From Felis catus (lineage: Eukaryota), in the NCBI RefSeq assembly GCF_018350175.1, contig NC_058368.1, positions 185,320,001-185,384,000 on the forward strand: 64,000 nt of DNA, in the 5' to 3' direction. The translations under genes were made by a program, and so were the position numbers. The notes beneath the pieces were generated by a model, which saw only the letters and a program-made list of their open reading frames with translations, had not been told where the DNA came from and made no database searches. Positions within the stretch are counted from its first letter, which is position 1. Every line of letters begins with the position of its first letter. Shown in pieces: positions 35,670 to 48,600 of this stretch.

Positions 35670-37202
35670 TGAATTTATTATTTAGTCCACTCAATGAAGC
35701 TTCTGCAGTATCAAAACTAACATTCATATGGGAAACACTGCTTCCCACCTCCCCCTACCCCCACCTTTTTTTTGTTCTTCAGCTCTTAGCCTTATTTTGT
35801 GTTCTCAAATGTATGCTTATTTTTGTTGTTGTTGTTTTTTACCATAAAGTCTTTTACTCTTCTTATTTTGCCTGGAATATTCTTTTGTCCTTTTTTTGTT
35901 TTATCAAGTTAACCACAAAGCATCTTTCAGATCTCTGCTTAGTCCTTAGTCCTTTAGTTGGGTTAAATATTACTTTATTACACTTAGTTATATGTCCATA
36001 TAGCTCTCCTTTATGTCATGTAATTATTTAACTAATATTCATCACTCTCACTACAGTGTGAAAGGTGGGAAATTTGTGCAATTAGCTCATCACTATAAGT
36101 AGGTGGCAAAGAGAGAGGGCCCACTGGGTATTGTCAGTTGATTAATTCACAATGTTTGGACCTCTTTTTTCACATATGAATGTATCATGTATAGTGTTCT
36201 ACAGTATGCCTTTGCTAATTGCATATTGGTTCACAACACGCATATTCCATGGCTGGCTAATCTCCTCTATTGGACATATTCATTGTTTTCAGTTTTCCAG
36301 TATTGTTCATATTGCCTCATTTCATCTTATTAGCCATTAGCTGGATTCAGAGAGAATTATATCTCTCTGATATATGGATTTTGCAAAGAGATATTTGCAA
36401 AGATATATTTGGATTTATGCAAAGAGAAGACAAAGCTTTTTAGATGGGGGAAATAAACATGTTAAAAGGCATAGTTAGGAGTTAGCAAGAGGTTATTAGG
36501 GAATCAGAAACAGTTTTGATATGTAATCAAAAGTAAATTTTATAAGAGGAGGAAATGAAGAGAAAAATTACTATTATTGGGAAGCCTTGAAGTTTAGAGT
36601 GAAGTATTTAGCTTCTTCCATATTGTTAACTTCAACTACAATGTTTGGATTGGGATGAATACAATAAGTGCAGATACTCATGATTTAATTAACAATATTT
36701 TAAATTTTTCCCCTTTTTTCACAGCATTCCATAATATCATCTTGACTTTTTACCTCTAATTTCCTATTATGTCCAAGTTAGGGCTACATACTGAGAACAT
36801 CAGAGAAGTAGCTGTAGCATATGTAGCTAATACAGAAATGAAGCTTGGGCTTCTATCACCAGACATCAAATACCAATACTATTATTAGTGAGTGAAACAA
36901 TGTTAATGTGGTAAAAGATCAGAGTGTACCAATTGGTCAAAGTGGATTAAAATGTCAGGATTTAATGACCATCTATGAATATTAGACTGATGAAAATAGA
37001 GGAAGCAGGAATCTCTGGTAATTGATGGGAAAATGTCAGAGGAGATTCGTGGCTCTATGCCATAGAAGGTAATGTTGAAAGCTACAGAGGACCAGCTCAT
37101 AGGGAGGCAGTTCTCTTGCCACTATTTTTTTTTTCTTTCCTTTGAACTTGTCTGTTATCATTGGATAACAGTGGTAATTAGAAGGACAGTCTCTTACAGA
37201 GT

Positions 37203-37635
37203 TGTATAAATAAATTGGGGCACATGTTACAAAAATAAACTCTAAATGCTTTCATCAGTAAGGGAATTTATTATCTGACATAACTGGAAATCCTGAAGTG
37301 GGGTAGGCTATAGAGAATGTTCAGTGGTTCAATGATATCATACAGAATCCCTTTTTCTTTTCATCTTTCTGTTCCACTATTCCTAATGCAAAATGGTGGT
37401 AGCAATTCCAGGCCCCACATCTAGACAGGACAAGAAGAGAGAATTTATCTTCTTATGACAGTCAATAAGTACAGAGGAGGTATTTCCTATAATCCCACCC
37501 TATAACTACCTAATTCTATCTGAAGAGAATTATAAGACTATTCTTGAGCCAAGCCAACTATTGGAAAAGGGATGGGTTTACCATTATTAGCTTAGAACAA
37601 TTAGGGGTGGTGTTGACATGGGGTAGTCCACCACA
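37203..37635 (-). mobile_element. Old MaLR LTR (MLT1J/K/L-like)
   Basis: gggaatttattatctgacataactggaaatcc...aaaatggtggtagcaattccaggccccacatc; TG..CA ends. Confidence 0.6.
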
Positions 37636-38229
37636 ATAAGCAACACAACAAATAAGATGTTATTAAAATCATGCAAATATATAAAGTTATTAGTACCTGA
37701 CTAAAGATGACGAATTACGGTAGGGTCAATAAGAATTCATATAGGTAGATTTCTTTGTTGAAAGGGATGTGACTTCAATTTTTATGACTTTTCATAATAT
37801 AGGTATTTTAATTGTTTCCTAACTTTCATCCTTATAGTTTATTTCTTCACATCTAATCTATCTTCAAATCACTGAGAGAAGAGATTCTTATTTAGTTACT
37901 TATTTGTTCTAGGTTCTGGAGATAGAATAGTATATAAGGCAGTGAAAATTCTGTCTTCACAGAGTCTCTACCTAGTGGCAGGAGGTAGGAAATAAATATA
38001 TATCAACAATATACTTTTAAATATTGATAATTATCTTAAAAAAAGAAAAGTCATCACATTACAAAGACACTCAAGTAACTACTTCTGACAGACATTCCCG
38101 TAATAGTATATATCATTGTAATTAAATAAGTTAAAATCTTGTTCAACATTTGGCTGTGTTCAGACTTTGGTTGTGATTGGCATCTGGCCGTGAAGAATTC
38201 ACGGCATACCAGCACACTGTGGCATATGG

Positions 38230-38420
38230 AAGGGAAACACTAACTGTGGGAACTTTGGCCAATTGTTTCATCTCTGTGGTCCAATGTCTTCACCATTAAG
38301 ATAAGATAATAATACTTCCTCCTTTAAGGCATATCTATGAAGATTAAATATCCTTAAAGAGTTTAGAACAATGCCTGACCCATGTAAGTGGAATGGAAGT
38401 ATGTGTAAAATTAATAAAAT
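38230..38420 (+). mobile_element. MIR fragment
   Basis: taactgtgggaactttggcc...gtttagaacaatgcctgac. Confidence 0.65.
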
Positions 38421-40149
38421 TTAATAAAGTAAGTGCATCTTATCAACTAGAAAGAGAAATAACCCTCTGCTTTATTTCTTTTACATTGTAAAATGGACTT
38501 GAGATTGTATTTAGTTCAGTGTTCTCATCACATGGGAAGAAATGAAGCTGATTGATGGGGCACTGTTTCAGCCAGAATTAGACTTGAGGTCTTTCTCATG
38601 CTTGTGCACCATTCTTTATAGTATTCTTTCTGTCATGATCTTCAGTCACACATGTTTTAATATATACATCCATAGGAAAGCAGAACCCGCCCTTATCCAA
38701 GGGTAACTTTGCAAAGAGTTATAAACCTCTGTTTCCTGGTGGTGTAGTTACTAATTCACTCTTGTCCTGGGGTCTGCATATGGAGTTCATTTGGTAAAAA
38801 GTGGGTGTTTTCAGAGCCAAATGCTGCGATTACCTCACTGTTTCATATACTGGTGTTTTTTGGTTAAAGTTCTAATTAGCCTTCTGTAGCTAATGAGCTT
38901 GTGGGTTATAAATCTACTTATTATTATGAATGATAGGGCCACTGTTTAAAATTTGCCAGTTGTGCACTAAGACATAATTATTTATGAAAAGGCCTTGCCC
39001 CAGAAATGGAAATTATAATAATTAGATTTAATCTTTCTGTAGCTTATGTATTTTTTTTCCCCCTAAAGAAACAGATGTCTAGAGGGTGCTAATTACTAGT
39101 AGTGGAAAGTTTCCTAGTCAGACAAATCAGAAAGTCGGGAGGCAAAACCCTGGAACTTTTAGCCACTACTAAGCCATGTGCCTTTAGAAAAGAAGCAATC
39201 CCTAGAGGCTTTTTGTTAATTGTAGATTTGTACTACATAACATCACGAGCTGAAGATCCTCACAGCTTTGTTTCTTTAGAAGGCTATGGATGTTTTTTAA
39301 GGTGCTTTTCAAAAAAAATAATTAAATAGACATAACAATCTTGTTTCCAAAAGTGTGTTAACTAGGTTATAACTGGACCATGATTAATGTCATATTAGAA
39401 AAAGAATGTGGAAAATACTCCTTTTGTTCAGGACACTGTGCTTCATAGTCAATCATGGGCTGGCCCAGCAGTCTACAGCTAGTGGCTTGTCACAAACTGA
39501 AACACAAGTACTCAATTCCCCCGTCTAGATAAAAATTATGTCTATTCAATTTTCTTGAATTAAGCAGTATAACATATATTCATTAAAATTAATGAAAAAC
39601 TTAATTAAAAAATCCTGTTATTAAGATGAAAAGATACTGCTGGTAGTCTTTGTGACTGAAGGTGCTGTTTCTAGGTGTTAATATAATAATAAAATTAAAT
39701 TAGAACAGGGGCAATTTAGAGATGATTAGTCTAAATTAATTTGGTATAGATGCTGGACCCAGCTCCTCATTTTAGATGAGGACACAAAGGTAGTATGATA
39801 GGTAACACGAGATGCAACAGTATCTAGACAGCTTATTAGTGGCAAAGCTGGGCCTATGGCAGAGGTCCCCTGGCTTTTAGTTCAGTATGCTTCCAACTAT
39901 GCCCCAAAGCCATCCGGTTGTGCTTAAGTAGTCAAAATATCCATCCTTCCCGCTAATCTCCTGCAAACCGTTGTCTCACCTCTTCCATCTTTCCCTGTAT
40001 CATGGTTTTCTCCATATCCAGCCTGAGGAAGGATGCCCTTGAAATTTTACAGTAGCATTTTCAAATATTAACATTGCCCATAAAAAAGAGGTATGTAGCA
40101 TGTAAGGATATCTACTTCATAATTTCAGTCCAATCTTTGATCCTTGTAG

Positions 40150-40370
40150 CTTAATGGATAGGAGTATGGATTCTGAGGTTCAAATCCTGATGCCCTCATT
40201 TGTAATGTATGTTCCCTCGAGCAAGCAACTCTCTGCTTCAGTGTGCACACCTGGAAAAAACCAGGATTTTTGATAGTAAATACCTCATAGAATTAGATAA
40301 ACTGATATTCATAAAGCACTTAGGAAAGTGCCTGATACACGCTATATACTTCGTAAATGGTGGCTGTATT
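40150..40370 (+). mobile_element. MIR
   Basis: ggttcaaatcctg...taaagcacttaggaaagtgcctgatacac. Confidence 0.75.
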
Positions 40371-42783
40371 TTGGTAGGATTAGGCAGAAACAAGTCAGTG
40401 TATAAAATAGTATAGATTATAAGTATAGAAAGCTTCCAAGTGCCATATGTAAATAAGCCCTTATATTAATTCATGTCATCACAACAACCCCAAATTGGAC
40501 ATTAGCCTAATTTTATGGACAATAGCACTGAGACCCAGAATGATCGTGTCACTTGCTTGAAGCCACACAGCTATTCACTGATGGCAGCTTACATAGCTCA
40601 CATTGTTGGTGCAGTTGAATCTCATGTTTTTGCCTATTGATACAAATTCCAGAGGCCAGGGATTGACCTCTAAATTTTCTAATGGAAAACCTTTAAAATC
40701 TTTTTTTCTTAAAAAAATTGAAATTATAGTTGATAGTCATGCCGAGTAGTTTTTCTCAGGGCCTCCAAAAAGGCTAATGTTGTACTGCTGTGCGATGCAG
40801 GATATTATTATAATGCTCTGGCAGATTCTAAAATTCAGAGGGGAGCACTTTATTTAGCACTGGAACACACCTGGCCTAAGGGGATGGCAGGAAATGGCAT
40901 GAATTAAAGGTCAACCACCTCTGCTTCCTGACTCAGGGAGCCCGTTAAGGCCTGCACCAACAGGGTTCCTCTCTAATAAAGATCACCCACAGAATGACAC
41001 CATCTGGCATATGTCAGATGGGAAGGGACAGGAGCAACAGCTGTAGCCATCTGCCTGTGTTGCCAGTGACTCAAAAATGAATGGGCAGGGAGGGTCCATG
41101 CTACAAGCTGAGTGAATATGCTGTCATTCCCCAGCCCTGTCTTTTTAAAGATTTTCTGTAAAGATATTCCTTCAGAGATTCCTGGCATCCTCATCTATAC
41201 TTTTGTGATGGAGATTACATTGATACCTCTTATTCTAGAAGTTTTGAAATTGAACCCATGGTTTCTTTATCCCATTCACTTCCTTTTACAAAATCAGGTC
41301 TTCCACTGTTCCTATTTCAGCAGATGACATTCTAACATATCAGGTGGGCAAAGCAGAGAAGTATAAGTTATCCTTGCTACCTCTCTCTTCTTCTACTTCT
41401 TATGACTCCTTGGACTGTCAGATCCTTTGTTTTGTGCTCTCATAATACTGTGTGACTTACCATACATAAAACTTACCAGACTTTGTGATCATAGATTTAT
41501 ATTTGTGACTATTTCATAAATATCCTATATGCATATTTTCATATATATGTGTATATATACCACTTCATTGGCCTATAAGCTTCAAGAGAGCAGGACCAAG
41601 TCTGTATTTGCTTATCAGAGCTTACATATCTGCTTTTGCCAGAACTTCAGTGTTTATCCATATAGTAAGTGTTCAAAAATTGTTGAACAAATCTTCATGC
41701 TCCTTGCTACATTATTTACAATGTCGTATCTTTAGAAAAGGAATTGCTAATAATGGCAACTATCAAACACAAGCGGATTGACACTGGAAACAGTGAGATC
41801 TCCATCATTGTTATTCACCAACAACTGGATAGACTTCTGTCGTCTTGAATTTAGGGAATTTTGGAATAGTTTGGAAGTCCACTCCTAATATCATGGCTTA
41901 TTATTCTTTTGTGGTTACTAAGGCATTATGGATTGGTATAATGAGGGTTTTGCACTGGGGTGTCAGGAGACATGAATTTCAGTTCAGACCTCAATGACCT
42001 TGAACTACTCACATTCATTATTAACAATCCTGTTTCCTCATCTTTAAAATGATTTGCATTATTAAGGATGAATTAGATTATCCAGAAGTAACAAGTAACC
42101 CAATTTACTTAAGAGTTTAATGCAACAGAATTAACTTGTCACTTATTTTGCCTGTCCTATTAGGTAGGCAGAGGACTCTGATCCACACACTTAGGACCAG
42201 CAGAGGAGGCTTTCCTCTCTTCGAGTTGAATCATTGTGAACACATCTCCCCCATTTGCCATGTCACCTCATCCTTAGAGACTGGAGAACTGTGCGTAAGC
42301 ATTTTATTACCTCATCCTAGAAGCAAGGTCATGTCTCACATTTTATTGGTAAGAAACAGTAAGACAAACTAAGAGGGCTGAGAAATGTAGAGAAACAATG
42401 GAATATTTGGTGAATATGACAGTATCTTGCACATAAGAGGATCGTGATTCTTTGTTTTCTTGACCAATGGAAATATTTCTTATTACAAAATATATAAATA
42501 TATAAAACAAATCAGAGTAAGACTGTACTAATGGAAGCACAGCTGAAGAGGCCTGGGTCTGCCTGTTTGTTCTATACTTCATAGCAACCATGCCATGTCA
42601 TGACACCCAGGACATCTCTGTAGACCATCTAGGGCTCACTGTGCACAGTGTGAAAAATTCCTGGCTGGGTGATCTCTAAGTTTGATAGAAGCAACTTTTA
42701 AAATTCTATTTATACATGATGAGTTCTTTTTCAAATTTAGTATACAATTGTGTATGCATGTTAAAAGTCTATTGCCAATTCTT

Positions 42784-43006
42784 TTTTTTTTTTTAATTTT
42801 TTTTTAACATTTATTTATTTTTGAGGCAGAGAGAGACAGAGCATGAATGGGGGAGGGTCAGAGAGAGGGAGACACAGAATCTGAAACAGGCTCCAGGCTC
42901 TGAGCTGTCAGCACAGAGCCCGATGAGGGGCTTGAACTCAAGGACCGTGAGATCATGACCTGAGCTGAAGTCGGCCGCTTAACCGACTGAGCCACCCAGG
43001 CGCCTC
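42784..43006 (-). mobile_element. Can-SINE
   Basis: TSD tctattgccaattctt at 42768-42783 and 43008-43023. Confidence 0.96.
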
Positions 43007-43378
43007 ATCTATTGCCAATTCTTAAGGATTTTTATAACTTTTTATTTTAATTGAAAATATGATCTACTAAAACAGAAGAATTCACCTATAATCCCTAACA
43101 AAAGTACAATTTTATTTGCCTTTAGATCTAGTCAAAATTCATATATATGTATATATTTTACATAATTGTATCTATATGTAGTTTTGTATTTTCTATTTCA
43201 TATTTTTATCATATTTTTTCAATTGTATTTGGCTTTTGTAATGAATATTTTAATAATGGAATATTTTAAACTAATGCAATTCTATATGCAATCATCTAAG
43301 TCTTTAAGTCAATATCTGGAAATGTGTTAGTTTCCAAAAATAGAAATAATAATAATAATAAAATCAGGTTGAATTTTT

Positions 43379-44709
43379 TTGTTGTTTTTTTTATTTATTT
43401 TTTTTAATATATGAAATTTATTGTCAAATTGGTTTCCATACAACACCCCGTGCTCATCCCAAAAGGTGCCCTCCTCAATACCCATCACCCACCCTCCCCC
43501 CCTCCCACCCCCCATCAATCCTCAGTTTGTTCTCAGTTTTTAACAGTCTCTTATGCTTTGGCTCTCTCCCACTCTAACCTCTTTTTTTTTTTCCTTCCCC
43601 TCCCCCATGGGTTTCTGTTAAGTTTCTCAGGATCCACATCAGAGTGAAACCATATGGTATCTGTCTTTCTCTCTATGGCTTATTTCACTTAGCATCACAC
43701 TCTCCAGTTCCATCCACGTTGCTACAAAAGGCCATATTTCATTTTTTCTCATTGCCACGTAGTATTCCATTGTGTATATAAACCACAATTTTTTTTTATC
43801 CATTCATCAGTTGATGGACATTTAGGCTCTTTCCATAATTTGGCTATTGTTGAGAGTGCTGCTATAAACATTGGGGTACAAGTGCCCCTATGCATCAGTA
43901 CTCCTGTATCCCTTGGATAAATTCCTAGCAGTGCTATTGCATTCCCACCAACAGTGCAGGAGGGTTCCCGTTTCTCCACATCCTCTTCAGCATCTATAGT
44001 CTCCTGATTTGTTCATTTTGGCCACTCTGACTGGCGTGAGGTGATACCTGAGTGTGGTTTCGATTTGTATTTCCCTGATAAGGAGCGACATTGAACATCT
44101 TTTCATGTGCCTGTTGGCCATCCGGATGTCTTCTTTAGAGAAGTGTCTATTCATGTTTTCTGCCCATTTCTTCACTGGGTTATTTGTTTTTCGGTGTGGA
44201 GTTTGGTGAGCTCTTTATAGATTTTGGATACTAGCCCTTTGTCCGATATGTCATTTGCAAATATCTTTTCCCATTCCGTTGGTTGCCTTTTAGTTTTGTT
44301 GGTTGTTTCCTTTGCTGTGCAGAAGCTTTTTATCTTCATAAGGTCCCAGTAATTCACTTTTGCTTTTAATTCCCTTACCTTTGGGGATGTGTCGAGTAAG
44401 AGATTGCTACCGCTGAGGTCAGAGAGGTCTTTTCCTGCTTTCTCCTCTAAGGTTTTGATGGTTTCCTGTCTCACATTCAGGTCCTTTATCCATTTTGAGT
44501 TGATTTTTGTGAATGGTGTGAGAAAGTGGTCTAGTTTCAACCTTCTGCATGTTGCTGTCCAGTTCTCCCAGCACCATTTGTTAAAGAGACTGTCTTTTTT
44601 CCATTGGATGTTCTTTCCTGCTTGTCAAAGATGAGTTGGCCATACGTTTGTGAGTCTAGTTCTGGGGTTTCTTTTCTATTCCATTGGTCTATGTGTCTGT
44701 TTTTGTGCT
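43379..44709 (-). mobile_element. 5'-truncated young felid L1 (L1_Fc-like) with a small internal deletion
   Basis: ORF2 fragments ([28 protein letters not shown]); TSD atcaggttgaattttt at 43363-43378 and 44710-44725. Confidence 0.97.
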
Positions 44710-44844
44710 ATCAGGTTGAATTTTTAAGAAGAATTTAGAAATTAGAAAAGAAGTTGATAAAGTAGAAGAGATTGACCTGAAAGTAAACTAGTAGGATGAT
44801 CAGTAAACTCTATATGAACCAAACATATCTGAGCTAAAACTAGA

Positions 44845-45080
44845 GTTATGGTAATATATTATTGAGAGTATACTGTGCATTGTGTATTGTCTTAGCACTT
44901 CTCACGAATTGTCTCAATCCTTACAACAACCTGTGAGAAGTAGGTAAAATTATTTTACAAATCATTTTATAGAGGATAAAAATTGAAGCTCAGTTTGCTT
45001 AGCAATATGTCCAGAATTAGAAGACTTCGATAGTACTTCTGCTGGACTCAAGTCCAGTTCTATCTCAAAAGCCTAGATGC
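44845..45080 (-). mobile_element. MIR
   Basis: tattgagagtatactgtgc...aatccttacaacaacctgtgagaagtagg..cattttatagagg. Confidence 0.75.
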
Positions 45081-45836
45081 TTGCCTCCCATTATGTGAAG
45101 ACATGTTCAGAGGCAGCCATCCAGGGTGATGTAAGGAGGTGGTACAAATCTCTTGTAAGCCTTTCCCAGTCCTACTGTTTGTTTTCCTTTTTAAATATCT
45201 GTATTTAAAAATTACATTGAAATTTAGTTTGAAGGCATAGAGTACAAGTGAAATGTTAAAAAATACTTTTAATGCCATATATTTTAATATGGTTCCATGG
45301 TTCATTTTATTACAGAATTAATGAGAATATACAAATGACAGATTGCTCTTTGGGTAATATGAATTCTGTCTCTTGACCCAGTAAAAGAAATCTAATAGAT
45401 GATATAAATCAAGCCCAGCAAGAAAACAACTTCTTTAAAATGACTTCAAGGCAGTATACACAATAGTAATGACTCTAATAGTGTTGCAAAAGAGAGAAAG
45501 GTTATAAACAAATATTGATTATTAATTATTCAAATTTTAACAAAGCCCATGGTAAAGGACCTTGACCTATATGTAGTGCTAACAAATGCATGGAGGAGAA
45601 AAGACTATAAAGCCAAATATCCATTTTCTTTTTAATGTATATTTATCTTCATGCCAGTTAACTTAAGAATGAACATTCTATTTTAAAAGGTATAGCACAA
45701 TATTAATCCTGTTGATAGCATTTGTCTTATAAAGTAGGGAACACAGCTTTCATCCTTGAGTCAAGATAGAGACACAGACATGTTTTGTTCTGCCCAAGTA
45801 ATTTTAATAATTGTTTGTCAACATTTAAATTGGGAT

Positions 45837-46697
45837 TGTGGTAGGCAGAATAATGGCTCCCCAAAGATGTCCATGCCTAATACTTAGGATTCCAGAATAC
45901 ATTTCATTACACAGTGCAAGGGGCTTTGCAGATATAGTTAAGATGGTGGCCCAAACCTTAAAATCAGGAGATTATCCTGGATTATCTATCTGGGCCCAAT
46001 ATGATTACATGAGCCCTTAGAAACAAAGAATTCTTTCCACCGGGAAGGCAGAGAGATGTGGCAGCTGGGAACTTATGAGACAGACAAAGCTTTAGAGAGA
46101 CTCACCTCACTGTTGCAGGAAGGAAGTCACATGAAAAGCCTGAGAAAGAATGTGGGCAGCCTGTGGGAGCAAAGACCATCCCCAGCAAGGAATCAGAGAC
46201 TTCAGCTCTGCAACCATAAGGAATTGAATTTGGCCAAACTTGGATAAGCTTGGAAGCCAGCATGTCCCTAGAACCTCTAGAAAGAAATGTAACTTACTGA
46301 CACCTTGATTTCAACCTTGGGAGACTCTAAGCAGAGGACTGAGTTGAGTCATAGTCTAACTGAATCTTGGACCAGATTCAGAAAATAGGAAATAATAAAA
46401 GAATGACATTTTAAGTCCCTAAGTTTGTGGTGATTTTTAAAAATATATTTATTTATTTTTCAAAGAGAGAGAGATAGAGCATTAGTGGGGGAGGAGCCGA
46501 GAGAGAGGGAGACATAATCCGAAGCAGGCTCCAGGATCCAAGCTCTCAGATGTCAGCACAGAGCCAGACACGGTGCTCGAACTCAGGAACCATGAGATCA
46601 TGACCTGAGCCAAAGTCAGACACCTATGGACTGAGCCACCTAGGCACCCTGTGGTGATTTTTTTTTTTTTTAATGGCAGCAGAAGGAAACTAATACT
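45837..46697 (+). mobile_element. MaLR solo LTR (MLT1D/E-like), interrupted by a SINE
   Basis: Start tgtggtaggcagaataatggctccccaaagatgtcca; end ggcagcagaaggaaactaatac. Confidence 0.85.
46439..46649 (-). mobile_element. Can-SINE inside MLT1
   Basis: TSD tgtggtgattttt on both sides. Confidence 0.93.
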
Positions 46698-48374
46698 GAG
46701 TATCTCATAGAGACAAATTCATGCTATTGAGCACATTTTTTGTTTGACCACACTGGTTCGGAGTTGAGTAACAAAGGACCCATTTGGATGAAGCCTGGGA
46801 CTCTTATTTATACAAGTTGCTACCGGGCCACTTATTTGCATAACCTATCAATCACTGATATGCAAGTTACCGGGGAAGACCCAGATAAGAAAACTCATGG
46901 TTAGCTTGGGGATGTTTCTATTCCTCTTTCAATGACATTGACTTCAGCATTCCTGAATTTTTGCCTTATATGCCATTTCAAATTAGATCCCATTCTGCCC
47001 TTCACTTCCCTTTCTCTGTTTCTTTCTTTTTAATAGAGCTTAGTGGACCCAACAAAGTTGGTTGCTGTAGAAACATAACCCTTCCTTTGCACAAATGTTT
47101 TTCAGAAATAAATGTCATCATGCAGTTCTTTTATCAAGTTTCTTTCATTGCTTCAGTTGCCATGGAGTTTCCCTCATCCATTTATTGAACCACATCGGAC
47201 AAATGTTTTTGCTGCAAAATCCAAGTGAAGGCAGCACTCCAATATTTTATATTTAATTATAGTTGCTGCTTGTAAGGACAGGACACTAGATTATGCAGGA
47301 AGAGTAAATAAATACATCTTGTTCTTAGTGTGGAATTATTTTGCAGTAGAAAAAAAGTCTAATAATGAAACAAACATCTGCCTGGGTAAAGAGGAATCCC
47401 CCAGCCCTAAATTTCTGGATGCTTCTTGTTCTGGTGATTGGAAATATCAATATGTTTTCATAGTGCCCTGTATATTTCTCTATTTTATCACTTTTCACAG
47501 ATGAAATCTACCATTTATTCATTTAGTTACTCAATTAGTCTCCCCCCACTACATATTTAAGCTTTCTCATGGCAAATTCTCTCTATCTTGATCCCCAATT
47601 GATACTAAGCATATAGCACTTTGCCTGTATTATTATAAGACTTCAGTAATTCTTTGTGAAATGAAAATTGTATGTGTTAGTTATCATTTGTGTGTATGAA
47701 ATTGTGTGTACAAGGTCTAATTCTGAATCATGTGACAAAGCATTCGAGACAAAGCATTTAAATCTAAGCATGATTCAGGGAGACCATTTGTTTAAGAAGT
47801 TGAAAGAATTCAACTTCCTAGATATATTCATTTTAGGGTAATGCCCAGAGAACTGGGTCTTTTCCATATCCTGTTAAGTAGCAGCCTGATAATGTCCTAT
47901 ATGAGATTCCAGAAAATTACAGGAATAAAAGCAATTAATCATGTGCTACAAGTTGTCTTGTTGTGGGTGCCAAACATTGATCCTCAAAACTTCAAGTAGC
48001 CATTTTGACTGGCAATGTGGACTCATTAGAAGCTCTTTCCAGTTGTTGTTTGCAAAAACTTTGGACCTTCTTCCCACCTCAGTATGCCTCTACCATCTTT
48101 ACTTTTGCATGTCTTGAATCTTTGTTGATCTTACATCTTAGCTACCAGTCTGTTTCATTGGTTGCAGTTTTGTTTCTGATCTTCCACACTGAAGGTTACT
48201 CATGCCAAAAAAATGATGCATTTATTTTCTATATGAAAATAATACATACTTATACAATTTAAATAATGGAGATCAGAGAAAATGAGAATTGCTCCTTTTC
48301 CTCTACTCCTTGATTCTACTTCTCAGATAGAAGCACTGTTGGTATTTGACAAATCTCAAGACTATGTTTCTCAT

Positions 48375-48600
48375 GCAGGCCCTGAGTTTGGTCTGATCTG
48401 GGCTAGAGTTCAAGCTCTACCATTACCTTTCTGAGTGAAGTTAGGAAAGTCACCTAATCTTTCTGACTTTAGTTTCTTTGTTTATAAAATAGAGTTTCTA
48501 GCGGTACCTACTTCATAGGCCTAATGTAAGTGTTCAGTGAGGTAATGCACATTACATGCTTAGCAAACTGCTTGATATTCAGTATATAGCAACTGGTATT
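48375..48600 (+). mobile_element. MIR
   Basis: ttaggaaagtcacctaatctttctgactttagtttctttgtttataaaatagag. Confidence 0.75.

Larger units (their letters stand above)
34800..36140 (+). mobile_element. L2 relic, interrupted
   Basis: Pyrimidine-rich L2-like tracts (tgttctccacactgtagtcagaatgatcttt; ttcagtggcttcccattacgcttcagataaa). Confidence 0.7.

Noticed and set aside
35579..36031. 150-aa ORF
   Set aside because: Chimera of a duplicated SINE head and T-rich L2 sequence, non-ATG start, no recognisable domain
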